DNA from: Ionaspis alba
Lineage: Eukaryota
Length of the DNA: 58,046 nucleotides
NCBI GenBank assembly: GCA_964255285.1
Contig: CAXUUL010000029.1
Location: forward strand, 1-58,046
Reading direction: 5' to 3'
Made by a program: the position numbers and the translations under genes. Under the pieces are notes generated by a model. The model had not been told where the DNA came from and did not search any database. It saw only the letters and a program-made list of their open reading frames with translations. How positions within the stretch are numbered: position 1 is the stretch's first letter; every line of letters begins with the position of its first letter. Positions 39,688 through 52,999 of the stretch are shown one piece after another.

Positions 39688-39908
39688 CTCGTGAGCGGCG
39701 TTTTGTTATGAAGAATTTGTGACGGGAGGCGCAAGCATGGCTAGAAACCTCACTTGCTAGCTATGCAACAGCCACAGAATGCAACAGATTCTTCCATTTG
39801 GCACAGACTCTCAACATTGCGAAAAGAAAGGTGAAGGGTGTCTGGCTGACTAGTCATCGGATGAGAAGCTTTGCCATCGAGGCTTCTACGTAGCCTGGGG
39901 TATCATTA

Positions 39909-41272
39909 TCATGCAAAACCCTTGAGCACCGCAGCCTCTTTTAATATCGATGAGCCAGCAGCTCCAATGACCGCTGAAGCTAGAGTCAGTGCAATCGGAT
40001 GAAAACATAAAGTCAGAGAACTCACTGTTGTGACTCAATGCTACAAATTTGAAATCAAATATCCGACTCTCATCTTCCCGCACTCTCCCTACACTAATCG
40101 TGTAGCCCTTCTGAAGGTCCCGATCCAGCGGTCGATCGTCTTCATCAAAGACAAAAATGGCATTCTCGGCGCGGACGGGCACTCCAACTTCTGTGCTTCA
40201 GAGACATATTCCCTCACAGCCTCCTCGGCCTCTCTCGCGCTAGGAGGTGGCCTCTTCTCAAATCGTGAAGAGACACGCTGTATGCCCGTCCAGGACCGCC
40301 AGACGATTACAAGCCGCAGAAATCTTCAGCTTACACTGGTTCTGGAAAGAAGTGGCAGCGCTGCTGACCGATCCCAAGATCTTCGGCACTTCGCTTTCAA
40401 GTTTGTCCTCCTCCCTTGATATGAAAGGAACCACATTGTCCCGGATATCCATGCTGCTGACTCCCGGATAACCAGCCCCAGAGACCGCTTGCTTAGTGAC
40501 GACAGACGCCTGATCCACAGGGCCGAATTTCGCCTGGATTGCGGCGAAAGGTATGACTATGCCGATGACAGCGCAATTTGAGCTGCAAACCAAGAACCCT
40601 TTTTTTGCCCATAGAACCCACGTTGGTAAGGTATGACATCTAGATGGGTGAGGTTGACCGTAGGTACGACGAGGGGTACATGAATATTTCTGTGGTGGTT
40701 TTTGGCGTTGGAGAAACCGGGTAGATTGGCTTTCAGGAATTCGATCTCTAGCATCTCCTTTGTCCGACCGACAAGCCTTCTGCTGCAATTGTTTCATATA
40801 ATACCAATGTCACCAGCAACATCACTATCAAGGCCCGAGAAAACAAGATCACAGTCTCGGAANNNNNNNNNNNNNNNNNNNNNNNNNNNNNNNNNNNNNN
40901 NNNNNNNNNNNNNNNNNNNNNNNNNNNNNNNNNNNNNNNNNNNNNNNNNNNNNNNNNNNNNNGAAAACAAGATCACAGTCTCGGAAGTTCTCTACTTTAC
41001 ACTCCTTCACCACCAACTCCCAAAGCTCCTTCGACACGGGGACGTTCTGCTTCCACCGAACCACATGTTTGTATTTCTTGCCAGCCGATCTCGAGGAAGC
41101 TTCTATGGCATGTAACTTGAAGTGTGGATGGTGGGCGAGTAGGAGAAATCGTTGTCCGACGCTGCCTCTGTAGCCCAAGACAGCTACGAGGTTGCAATTA
41201 GTACGCGGGTACTCCGATCATGCCGAAGTACCTACCGCACTGCTTTGGAGTAAACTCTCGAGCAATTGCAAT
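39909..41272 (-). pseudogene. HOM2: Aspartate-semialdehyde dehydrogenase, disabled copy
   Basis: Recognisable segments ([80 protein letters not shown]) are split across frames. Frameshifts near 40600, 40272 and 40170; no in-frame ATG (ATT at 41272-41270). Confidence 0.88.
40863..40962. other. 100-N scaffold gap with a duplicated 24-bp flank (probably a negative gap); other gaps at 9704-9803 and 43424-43523
   Basis: GAAAACAAGATCACAGTCTCGGAA occurs at both 40839-40862 and 40963-40986. Confidence 0.9.
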
Positions 41273-41493
41273 GGATCTTGTGGTCGGTGAAAACTGTTGG
41301 TAGAGAGGGAGGAAGATGCGATATCGGAAGGCTACATTTTTAGGGTTTCAAGGGAGGACCGAAATAAAGGGAAGCTCGCTTGAAGCTCGTATCTGCTTCG
41401 TCATGCCTTCTTTTGCAGAAGATCATTATCTACGAAAGAGTGCTCGTTCGATCTCCGTCCCCACTCGTAGGATAATGTCTTGAGCCAGATGAA

Positions 41494-43419
41494 CTATGTA
41501 TAACTTGTAGGTGAGCTGTTGGACATACTATGATTAGACAGCTTGTTCTTTATCTGAGGCTTCGGTAACTCCACAGTCGACGCTGCTGCTGCTTTGACCG
41601 AGCCATGAGGCTTCTCGAAATGTACCGCTTCAAAGATCTTACCAGGATTCATTAACCAGTACGGATCCAGCGATCTTTTAATGCTCCTCATCACGTCAAC
41701 GGTATCAACGCCAAGTTCATGCAGCAGCGATTCCTTTTTCCCAAGCCCGATGCCATGTTCGCCCTACTTCAGATCAGCGATGGGGGGCTTATCAGCGGTC
41801 GATTCCATGCACTAACGGTACAAGTGCCATCCATCTCGAGGGCCCTTTCCACCATATTGTGCACACAGCTCTTCACAGCCTCTGTTTCTTCTGGATTAGT
41901 ATTATCATAAAGTATACTTTCATGGAAATTGCCGTCTCCAATGTGTCCCAGGATACTTGCAAACAAGCCCAGATCATCCATCTCCTTCTTCGAAATCTCG
42001 ATGATATCCGCTAGTCGAGAGAGGGGCACGGCAACATCTGTGGACCAAACTTCATTCCCTTTCTGCCTCAAGGACAGCATACTCCATAACGCTTCCTTGC
42101 GTGCCGACCACAGAGTCTTCGCCGATTTTGCATCCTTGGCAAACTCGAAATCACCGCCTCCATGAGCCTTTGCAATGGCTTTGACCGACTCGATGTTGTC
42201 TTTCACTCCGGACGTTGTGCCTGAGAATTTGAGGAAGAGCGTGGGGGCTTCTTTCCAGGTCTGGCCCGTTGCCCCGGCACGGTTCACTACGCTCATCTGA
42301 ACGTCGTCCATGATCTCAATAGCCTGCACGGGAACCCCTGCCCGCATGACTTTAGCTGCAGCAGCAGCGGCATCCCGGATCGACGCGAACGTCACAACCC
42401 CCACGGCCTCCGCCTGTGGGATGACAGCCAGTTTTAACGTGATCTCGGTCACAATACCGAGGGTGCCTTCCGACCCGACAAACAGCCCGGTGAGATTATA
42501 CCCGGCACTTGATTTTCGAGGTCTCTTTCTTGTCTTTACGATTGTACCATCAGCCAATACCACAGTCAGATTGACAACCCACTCTTTCATTGTTCCATAA
42601 CGGACCGCGTTTGTCCCACTGCAGCTTGTTCCAACCATGCCTCCGATCTTTGCGCTTGGTGCAGGGTCTACTGGAAAGAAAAGCCCGGAAGATTTGAGCT
42701 CCTCATTGAGTGTCATCCATTGCATACTTGGTTGGACTACAACGTCCATGTCCTCTTCATGGAAGGCTACTATCCGATCCATGTAGGCAAAATCGATCGA
42801 AACACCGCCGTAAGGGGCGGAGAAGTTTCCCTCGAGGGAAGTGCCTCCCGAGTAAGGTACCATGGGCAAACGGTATCTGTGGCATGTACGGGCAATCTCG
42901 GAGACCTCAGCGGTAGATTTGGGATAAACGACAATGACCGGAAGCTGTTCAATATTGATCGATGACCACTCCGAATAGCCATGAGCTTTGAGATCTTCGT
43001 CGTCAGTGCTGATTGAATCTTCGCCCAGCGATTGCCGGAGCTCAATCACTGCCTTGCAAGATGCTGTGAGTAATCCTGCTTGCATCAAGTTCGTCTGGAC
43101 CAACCTTCTCGAAATCTTCGACACTCCCATACTGTGGAGATTTGTCCACCTTCCGAAGCCGGTCAAAGTGGGAGCTCGCATCTGTGATGCCGTACGCATA
43201 TGCTAGCGAGCTTGCAAAGGATGCAAAGAGTAGAGCACGTCCCGTCGACCAGAACGACCGATATGGGAACGGTCCATCGTGGTTCGTCTGAAACCCAGCG
43301 CTGAGACCTCTTGACTGGATTGGCGAAAGCCGAGCGGGATAGAGCGACTTCGGTGGCGATGGCAATCGTACGACATGCCTGAGAGTGGATCTAAGACTAA
43401 GTATGGGGAGTCTGGGCAT
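41494..43419 (-). CDS. DLD1: Mitochondrial D-lactate dehydrogenase (cytochrome), FAD-linked oxidase family
   Basis: Arg/Leu/Ser-rich presequence; PYSGGTSLEG, FFPVDP..SAKIGGM, SGTNAVRYGTM, SSAGYNLTGLFVGSEGTLG, GHIGDGNFH, GTCT|GEHGIG, MNPGKIF. Introns at 43101-43053 and 41816-41764. Confidence 0.93.
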
Positions 43420-44892
43420 GATTNNNNNNNNNNNNNNNNNNNNNNNNNNNNNNNNNNNNNNNNNNNNNNNNNNNNNNNNNNNNNNNNNNNNNNNNNNNNN
43501 NNNNNNNNNNNNNNNNNNNNNNNGGACGCTGCATTGAAAATTTCCATTTACTGTTTGGCACACCTCACTTGGTCTTGTAAGGATTTGGGGGCCAATGTTA
43601 CGCAGCTGTATCAGTGACTAATTGGCCTGCCAAATCCCTTTTCGGGTTGTGGATTCATCCACTATTCACCGCCTGCACGGTTCCTGCTTTCTTTCAACGT
43701 GGAATTTCCGGCTGTGCTTCAAGCCATTACTAAAGCTTTCCCCTCGTCCAAATAAGTCGATGTTGTGCGTCTGACATGTGGCATACTCTAGTTAACGTGT
43801 ACCATGGTTCGGCCGCTTCCTTCCAAGGCCCATTCCTATCAAGCCCTTACCTGGTTTGCTTCTAGCAGCAGCAAGTTTCTGATTCGCAATGATCTGAGGT
43901 TTGGGCTTGACGTTTGTTCCGTCAGCGCTCGGAAAACTGATCACATTGTCTGGCGGTGAGGAATTCAGGCTGCCAGGAAGGTGTGGGGACCAAGGGCGGC
44001 ATGAAAGGAAGGCTGGCATTCCCACAAACTGGTCACGGGCCCTGGCTCATAATGGGCCAGAAGAACTAACCGATGAGTGCGCCGACCCTGCCGTATTTTG
44101 TCATTTCTGGAGCCTGTTAGGGTGCGGAGCATAAGCCATTGGACACATCCTAAAAAATCCTCAATCCCTCACATCACTATCGACCATCTACGACTGGTAA
44201 CACAATGTAGATCATAACGACGAATATTGGAAAGTTATCGTTCTTGTCATGTTATTTTGAAATTGCTCGCGATGTACTGATGATCAGAATAGATTGATCA
44301 GGTGCGGAGGAGGTTGCCTATCCGAAACAAAAAACCTCGATATGAGAAAGGTGTTCAATGACTTGTGCAAGATACTCTTATTTCCGGAGTATTGAGACAG
44401 ACCGAGTGGAAGGTGATGGAGGGTTTCAAAGTAGCAACAGTTGGAGTAATTGTAGGGTATACTTCAGTCCAATACACTTTCATTGGTGGTACGTGAATTA
44501 GAGATCAAACAGAACTTTGAAAATAACCATAATTGGGAGCATGCTTGTTGACAGAAGCAAACATCCGTACATCGTCCATGATAGCCCAAATGATGTGCCC
44601 ATGGCCATCGATCACGTTACTGGTTGGATGAAAACTCTGGTCCGCTCGATTCAGATCACGAAGGCCTTGCCCAGAGTACTTCTACATTACATGTCACAAG
44701 TAATCACAAAGACGACAGTGAAGAGCAAAAGGCTGAGGGGAGATTTCCAGGTTCGAGTAAAACTGCTTATAGTTGGCGCCAGGATAGAAGAAAAACATCA
44801 TCGGTGATCTAACCCCTGTCATCTCGAAAAACACTTTGGTCACGACATGATCACTGATAGTCAACGACCCTTAATAGATCCACGGGAGGTCC

Positions 44893-45261
44893 CCACACGG
44901 GCGCCAAAATAAATGGTACACCAAAAAGTGGATGTTCTCATAATTGCACAGCCGGGTGAACGTTTACAACAGGGGAATGCCTTAACTCTTCTACCCCCAC
45001 ACCTGACAAAAAAGTAATACATTGAAACATGGTGTTTCTATAATCGCACAGCTGAGTGAACATTTCCAAGCACCGCAAACGATTTATCTAGGATCGCTTT
45101 GTTAAAAGGATTTAGAGGGTGATCCCGCTAAATATCTCGTTTGATATAATATTTATTTTGTGAGCCGCGTGCAGCCTATAATTTCCGACTTTTAGGTTTT
45201 ACTAAGGTAAACTAGTCATATATCTTGTTTGGTGTACCACTTATTTTTGGCACCCGCGTGG
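44893..45261. mobile_element. Degenerate MITE / Tc1-mariner-like relic with ~33-bp imperfect TIRs
   Basis: Left arm CCACACGGGCGCCAAAATAAATGGTACACCAAA versus reverse complement of the right arm CCACGCGGGTGCCAAAAATAAGTGGTACACCAAA (3 substitutions, 1 indel). Interior is AT-rich and noncoding. Confidence 0.65.
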
Positions 45262-45425
45262 CCGCTAGGTTGTGTTTACAGCTTGTTTAAACCAGTCAAA
45301 ACCTGCCGGTCACAATGACGGTCAGGGTTAATGTCCTTTTCACAAAACCACGCAGAGGCCGCCGCAATAGTAGAATACATAGAGGAGGCCTCGAAAGACT
45401 AAATTTCTTCTACATATTACTGAGC

Positions 45426-46076
45426 GACGGTTTTCTTATGTAAATCTTATATCAGTTTTAGCAGCTCTTTTTTGTGTGCAGTAGCGTGACTTCGGTGTTC
45501 GGAAAAATATTGAAAATATTATCCACAATAAACCCACCGCTTGCAAACTAGTTGGCAGTCCCAAAGTTTTTGTGCCAGCAATTATGTAAAATGTAACAGT
45601 TTTGAGCACCTGGAGGCCGCCCAATACGTAGTTGTCCTAAAGATTCTTATAGTCCACTCCTGTTCTGATCACATGATTAGGTGTCCCTTGATTCAGGGGC
45701 TCATTAGGGTTGCCTACTGTTTGTATATAGGCTACGCCTTCCAGTTTCCTGGATCAGTAGCTTTTACATACATTTTTTTACTATGATTATTCTATCATTG
45801 GTAGCCCGCATGTGCAGCTCATCCAGTTATTTGTGATAACTCCCACCTAAATTGCGGTTTTGGTTTGGCGACTCTTATGCAAGTCGCGTGACAAGATAAA
45901 CCGCATGTTGTAGCTACTAATGATGAATAAATCGTGGTAATAAAATGTATTTGAAGTTTGCATCCTCTAAAAACTGAAAAGCGTAGCCTCTATAGACGAA
46001 TACAAAAGCTACTCTTGAGTCGTATGATCAAAACAATTAGGATTTTAAACGTCTACCCCTACGAAGGTCCGGAGGA
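45426..46076. repeat. Dispersed repeat, long copy (shares three blocks with 24864-25025)
   Basis: Identical blocks at 45426-45443, 45486-45503 and 46062-46076, with about 500 bp of extra AT-rich sequence between blocks 2 and 3. Confidence 0.85.
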
Positions 46077-46223
46077 AGGATTAATGAGTTGATCGCGCGC
46101 ATTCGGGCGTGAGCGCTAGCGCAGAATTGGACTAGCTTCCACCCACACCCACACATCGCACTTCATTTTCTTCTCTACATCACCTCAATCCACTAAATTT
46201 GACATCAACCATCTGTTTTCATC

Positions 46224-47216
46224 ATGGGCCGTGGGATCAAGAAGCATCAAAAACGCTTGAGTGCTCCGTCTCATTGGTTGCTTGATAAATTGAGCGGAGC
46301 CTACGCCCCTCATCCTTCTCCTGGTCCTCATAAGCTGCGCGATTGTCTGCCGTTGATCATTTTTCTCAGGAACCGGTTGGTCAAAGAACTGAATGAAACC
46401 CAAATTTATGTGTGAAGGTACTGACACATAAGTCTTTACAGTCTCAAGTATGCTCTCAACTCTCGAGAGACCAAGGCCATCGTCATGCAACGTCTCATCA
46501 AGGTCGATGGCAAAGTCCGCACCGACGCAACCTACCCAGCTGGTTTCATGGATGTGATTTCGATTGAGAAGACCGGCGAGAATTTTCGTCTGGTCTACGA
46601 TACGAAAGGCCGCTTCACCATTCATCGAATCACTGCCGAAGAGTCGGAATACAAGCTGGGAAAGGTCAAAAGAGTCCAATTGGGCAAGGGCGGGATCCCA
46701 TTCTTGGTTACGCATGATGCACGAACGTAAGCTCGCTGCACTCTTTCAGTCGTTGGATCAAGTTTTGGCTGTCTCCATTGAAGCTGATGGTTTTGGGAAT
46801 TACCAGGATCCGCTACCCCGACCCAGCCATCAAGGTCAATGACACAGTGAAGATCGATCTCTCCACGGGAAAAATCGCCGACTTCATCAAGTTCGACACT
46901 GGGGTTATTGCAATGGTCACTGGTGGACGTAATATGGGTCGTGTTGGTGTTGTCACACATAGGGAACGTCATGACGGTGGCTTCAACATTGTGCATATCA
47001 AGGACGCCATCGATAACTCCTTCGCCACACGTGAGAGCAATGTGTTTGTCATTGGCAGCGAGAAGCCATGGATCAGTCTGCCCAAGGGCAAGGGCGTTCA
47101 GGTATGCATTAGTTGGAACCTCTCCATCTTAGGCGACCTGTTCCTGACTTGTATCACAGTTGACGATCGCCGAAGAGAGAGACCGCCGCAGGGCTTACGC
47201 TATCTCTGGTCACTAA
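46224..47216 (+). CDS. RPS4: 40S ribosomal protein S4 (eS4)
   Basis: [23 protein letters not shown]...[10 protein letters not shown]...RLKYAL...THDARTIRYPDP...[19 protein letters not shown]. Introns at 46376-46441, 46727-46806, 47102-47159. Confidence 0.97.
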
Positions 47217-47810
47217 AGGGAAGAAGAACCCGCATACTGTGGATGCTATTGGGCTCAGTGGCTAGGGCGATAGAGGTAGAAGAATGCAGATGGAATGATA
47301 GGTGAAGGAATTTTGTGCTAGCAAATCCATAACCATCTTATCTTGTGTGGCTGCTTCTCGTTCTTTCTTGCTGGAGTATCTCGTAGCTCGATGGATTTGA
47401 AAGTATTGACGAACCTGCGCAAGCAGTGAAATCTACTCGACGCTGTCGGCTCCATCTGGAAGTAGCGGAAAGACATGAAGTAGAGCTTTGTCTACGAGCC
47501 ACTAAATCGTTCCCTGGATTATGGCGCTGTACAGATAAATGCAGCCAAGAACCTTTGGGCCTCGCGCTGATGGAATGTCCACTCTCCGTAGGGCTGATCT
47601 ATGAACGTACGCTTCGCCAAAAATTTTGAAGGCTTGACGCAACTCTCATGTGAAGATGTAATGGACATATTTCTCACGTCGACCCACGCAACACCTGATC
47701 AAACCAATATTTTCGTCCCTTTTATCATTTCGTCGATGCCAAATACATAAGAACATGCTTCTCTATGCACAGAACCCTTATCCTGCTACTGTCCTGCTGG
47801 ATACTCGTTC

Positions 47811-49066
47811 ATGAGTTACTCGAACGCGTCACAAACCATAGCGCAGGCGCAAATTGGAAAAGGTTCTCCAAAATGGAGCGGTGCCTCGCTCACCCAGTCC
47901 CAAGAGACTGAACGACTTTTCTCTGGTGATGAAATTGAGCACTCCCCACATACAGAGCCTCACGAACCTGTGGCGAAACCGTGGGCGCACTTCGTCGCAG
48001 GAGGGTAAGTCATTCTTTGAATGTGTTGATCTAGACTAATCGGCTTTCAGCATTGGTGGAATGACATCGGCCACCCTCACATCCCCACTTGATGTCTTGA
48101 AAACTCGACTACAGTCGGACTTCTACCAAGCTCAGATCACCGCAAACCGAGCTGCTCGCGGCATACCTCCTCCCTCTTCCATGTCGTTGCCCCGAAGTGC
48201 ATTGCTACATTTCCGCGAAACTTTTCAGATTCTTTTCTCGATTCACCGCGTGGAAGGCTGGCGAGCATTGTTCAAGGGGCTCGGTCCCAACCTGACCGGC
48301 GTGGTCCCGGCAAGAGCTATAAACTTCTATTCATACGGGAACGGAAAGCGAATCATCAGCGAGAAGCTGAATGGCGGCCAAGAAGCAGCATGGGTACATC
48401 TGTGTGCAGCGGCCTCGGCAGGCATTATCACTGGCACAGCGACAAATCCCATTTGGTTGGTCAAGACTCGATTGCAACTCGACAAGTCGAATGCCGAGAA
48501 AACTGGCCTGCAGGCAGTGAGGCAGTATCGGAACTCTTTTGACTGTGTCAGGCAAACAATACGCGCGGAAGGCATCCGAGGTCTATACCGAGGCTTGAGC
48601 GCAAGTTATCTCGGTGTCTCGGAAAGTACGTTGCAATGGGTACTCTATGAACAGATGAAGCTCTACCTTAGCAATCGCCAAAAACGACTGGTTGCGTCGG
48701 GCCGCGACCCGTCCATATGGGATCAGACTGTGGACTGGAGCGGAAAGCTTTGTGCCGCTGGCAGTGCAAAATTCTTTGCAGCTGTGGTCACATATCCCCA
48801 TGAGGTCGTTCGGACACGTCTTCGTCAAGCACCATTGCAGAATGGGCAACTAAAGTATACAGGACTTGTACAGTGTTTCAGGACCATCTTTAAGGAGGAG
48901 GGCATGGCTTCATTGTACGGGGGCCTTACACCGCACCTTCTGAGAGTGGTCCCTAGTGCGGCTATCATGTTCGGAATGTGAGTCAGCTCTCAGCCTTGTG
49001 ATCACTTGATTGCTCATAGGCTACAGGTACGAAATGATATTACGTCTTTTTGGCACTCAGGCATGA
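47811..49066 (+). CDS. RIM2: Mitochondrial carrier, pyrimidine nucleotide transporter
   Basis: PWAHFVAGG; three PX[DE/W]XX[KR]XRL repeats (PLDVLKTRLQSDFY, PIWLVKTRLQLD, PHEVVRTRLRQAP); GLGPNL.GVVPARAINF. Introns at 48005-48050 and 48978-49026. Confidence 0.9.
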
Positions 49067-49560
49067 GCCGGTTCTAAAAGTTGTACATCAGGATGTTACT
49101 CTCATCCTCCCGGGCTGAGGCGGAGCTACATTCGGGCTTCTCTCCTCGTTATAACTTTGCTAAGGACAACGGCTATACCTTTTGTTCTCTCTGCTGTACT
49201 CATACATCAACGGCCTCATAATCGTCCTTGTAATGGCGGGTATAGTAGATAGCGTGGACAGTACTTCGTATAAATCAGAAGGAGCCGGCGCAATGTCGTC
49301 GAGCAATTGTACATATATTGAAAATTTCCTATCAAAACCGGGTGCCACATCGATGAATGTTTGCAACCGCCTGAGTGATTCCCCACCAGCAAGTCGTCCG
49401 GGGGCCGCCCATGCCCCACATCCGTCACGAGTTTATATCCGGCGTTTTCTCCGAACCTCGGGATCGACAAGTAAGATCTCGCCTATCCACATCTTGATAT
49501 CATCAGCAGCCTTAGCAATTATTCAACCACACACCGAGACCCAGGTGTCACACTGGTCTG

Positions 49561-51939
49561 ATGAGTACTCAAGCTTCTGGCAATACCCATCGAGGTAGTT
49601 CTCCCGATCCCGCAAGCCATGCACTGAATATCTACGACGACGAGGCGGAGTGGGAGGATCAAGATGACGACATGGACTACGAGCAGTCGACCGATCACGA
49701 CGACAGCGAAATCGAATTCTTTGAACCGAATGAAGAAGACGAGGATGGTGAGTTTCATGGTATGACACCTGCGAGTCACTGAACTTTCATCGATCCTGCG
49801 TACTGATCCGGAGATTCTGGTACAGATGCCGTAGACGGTCTGAGCGGTGTCGAGATCGAATTCTCTATCCAAGGTGGAGAAAGCGCCTCTGAGAATGGAA
49901 GTGACGAAGCCATTAGTGCCCAGGCGCACACGCCTGTTGGTTCACGTCAGTCACTCCCGGTGCAAGGTATGGTTTTACACGAAGACTATAGCTCCGGCTT
50001 ACAGTCATTGGTAGTCTCAAGGAATCAAATTCTACAGCTTCTTGGACATGCCGGTCTTCGTAGAATTTTCGCGACCCGCCGTCAAGCTGGCATAATCGTT
50101 GAGAATGACGATGATGAAGATCTCGCCGGTGGGTATGGTAGATTCGTAGGAAGACACATACGCCATCGAAAGAGTTCCAAAGCCCTTTATCCGCCGGTGC
50201 CTAGCAAAGAAGGTAGGAGATTGATGGACTCTGGGACGTTTGGCAGCAACGAGTATTACAGGGATATGTTAAGGAAAAGGAAGCAAAGATTGTCTAGGCG
50301 ATTGATGAGCAGAGAACTCGGCTTAGATAGCGTGCAGGACAGAAGGGGAAATCGTCTAATCTCTCAGGTTTGTATCCACGCGCAAGGGAAACATAAATGT
50401 TAACTTGTCTCAGGGACTCATTCCCTCTTCCAGTGCCGATACTATCATTCACTATAATTCTCGATGTTATTCTGGCCAATTTTCTGATGATGGAAATTTC
50501 TTCTTCTCCTGCGCTCAAGATTTCAAGGTACGCATGTATGACACCTCGAACCCGTATGACTGGAAATACTACAAAACCGTTGTTTATCCATTTGGCCAAT
50601 GGACCATAACGGATGCCACTTTGAGTCCGGACAACAAATTCCTTGCCTATAGCTCGATCAGGAGTACAGTCTGCTTAGCACCAACGGATCCGGGAGAGAC
50701 CGGGGAGCCGTGGATGCTAGATTTTTCGGATATGGGAGGTAGGACTGGTCGGCGTGGCTACGGAGGATACACGCATTTTGGAGTATGATACTCGCTTGAA
50801 TAGTATCTACCGAATCGTCAGACTGACTCGAGCGTAGATTTGGTCGATAAGGTTTTCCGGCGATGGTCGAGAAATCGTTGCTGGCACTTCAGACCGCTCA
50901 GTTTATGTCTATGACATAGAATCCCGACGATCAATACTTAAGATTCCGGGTCACAGCGACGACGTTAATGCTGTCTGTTTTGGAGATACGTCCTCCCCGC
51001 ACATTCTCTATTCCGGTTCTGATGATACACTCATCAAGGTGTGGGATCGTCGGAGCATGAGCGACAATCGGGAAGCAGGTGTTTTTATGGGTCATACGGA
51101 AGGACTAACATATGTCGATAGCAAAGGCGATGGTAGATACGTATTGAGTAACGGCAAGGATCAAACTATGAAACTGTGGGACTTGAGGAAAATGATGTCA
51201 ACAGAGAACGCAGCAAAGCTAGACCCATCAGATTACACCACGAGCTTCGACTACCGCTTCTCGGCTTTCCCCGAGGAAACTTACGAGCCGCATCCTCACG
51301 ACTGCTCCGTCGTCACTTTTAGGGGACACAAGGTGTTAAAAACGCTGATTCGATGCCACTTCTCTCCACCGGGTAGCACGAACTCGCGATACGTCTATTC
51401 TGGCAGTGAAGACGGTTCTATATATCTATACAACCTAGATGCTACCTTGGCAGGCAAAGTCAACGTCAACAAGGCGACGCGAGACTCCCGACGGCGGGAT
51501 CCCAGCCTCTACACTGCCTCATATGAAATGGACGATCGGAATGCTCGTGGCGAATGGAAAACCTGCGTCAGAGATGCAAGTTGGCATCCAAGCGCTCCAG
51601 TCATAGCTGGTAAGCAGAATCTCTTTAATTTATATCCCAGGATCCATCTAAGCAGAAGAGACCTATTCCTCTGACTGACTCACCATAGCAACGTCCTGGA
51701 ACGGATGGGGCATGTCCACAGGAACCTGTTCGATCCATAGTTGGAATGATGGCAACGAAGATGACGAGGGCGAGCCTAAAATGGGCAGAAGGGTCAATCA
51801 AAGATTGGAAGAAGATGAAGACATGTACGGGGATGTTTCCCTCAGTGGCAGGACAAGAGGAAGTCGGTTGAGGTCGCAATTGAGAAGTCGAGGTGTTGCG
51901 GCTGCCGTGGTCGATAACGATGATGACGATGGCTGGTAG
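49561..51939 (+). CDS. WD40-repeat protein, WDR23/DCAF11 (LEC14B)-like
   Basis: Acidic N-terminus; CYSGQFSDDGNFFFSCAQDF, WTITDATLSPD, IWSIRFSGDG, GHSDDVNAVCF, WDRRS, GHTEGLTYVDSKGDGRY.LSNGKDQ.MKLWDLRKM, TLIRCHFSP, VRDASWHP. Introns at 49760-49825, about 49946-50014, 50368-50413, 50783-50837, 51610-51688. Confidence 0.9.
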
Positions 51940-52999
51940 AAGATCTCCGCTATACAATATCTGAATGAGCCTGCATTTTGGGAGTTGTGCATGCTATTTT
52001 CATACAGACAATCTAGAAAGCCTTCATGACCTGTGATGAATGACGAGGATTTGCTTCCACGAGAGGACTTGGTGTTCCGCGTTGTGGAATCAAAAACAGA
52101 TTGGATATGGCGCACGCAATCTACATCACTCCCAGTATCACTTAGTATAAAGAGCACTATATGGGGACCCTTTTCCATTACCTCTGAGTGAAATGGACAG
52201 TGAAGTGGCAGGGTCGAAAGTCTTCAAATAGCATACTGCAATAAACGCAGAGCTAACAGTATATTTGAGAACGTTTTTAGAGCTTCGACCTTACTCATTA
52301 CTGTATTGCCCAGCTCAACCTCAACCTTCTCCATTGTCACTTCATCAACCGGACCCGAAGTCTTGAGATATTAGTCTTTCCTTTTCTTCTCAACCCATCT
52401 GATCGTTCAGCCTTGTCATGTATACTCTTCGCTAAGGTCTCACGCAAACATCACACAGCTCTCCTCATTTACAACCATTAAGGCTGACATTTGACTGCCT
52501 CGTTTTGATTGAGGTTGCCCTCAATCCCTTGAGCCACCTTGAACCTTCTCGCTCCGAGGAGGGGAACCGGATATATCGGAGTTCTTAGCCCAGAAATAAA
52601 AGTCTCTTCAAGCTATACCTTTTGTCCTTGTTGCAAAGCCTAAGCGTGCGTTTCCGAGAGGGACTTATCGCGCAAGACTGCTTGTACTCAGATTCACTTG
52701 CTGAAGACTTTGATTTCGTGTCACTTGGTTTGCATGTACGTATGTCTGATTGGCATTCCGAAATCCGCTGCCTATGAACTCCGTCGTGTTCCAGTAAGGC
52801 CCTTCGGGACATAGGGTCCGTGAGCAGGAGAAACACTGGTGGCAGCACTTCATGTCAGGGTTTCCTTCAAGGCTAATACCAAATCTTGTGCTTTGCAGAC
52901 CTGTACTTCTACGTCGAGCTTTGTCAAGACAAATCCTGTGTATAAAGACAAATACAAATCAGGAATTAAACCTCAAGATCTTTGATCTCCTCATTCGCA

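Noticed and set aside
44200..44812. Splice-like signals and short ORFs suggesting a small gene
   Set aside because: Could not assemble a continuous frame or recognise any motif.
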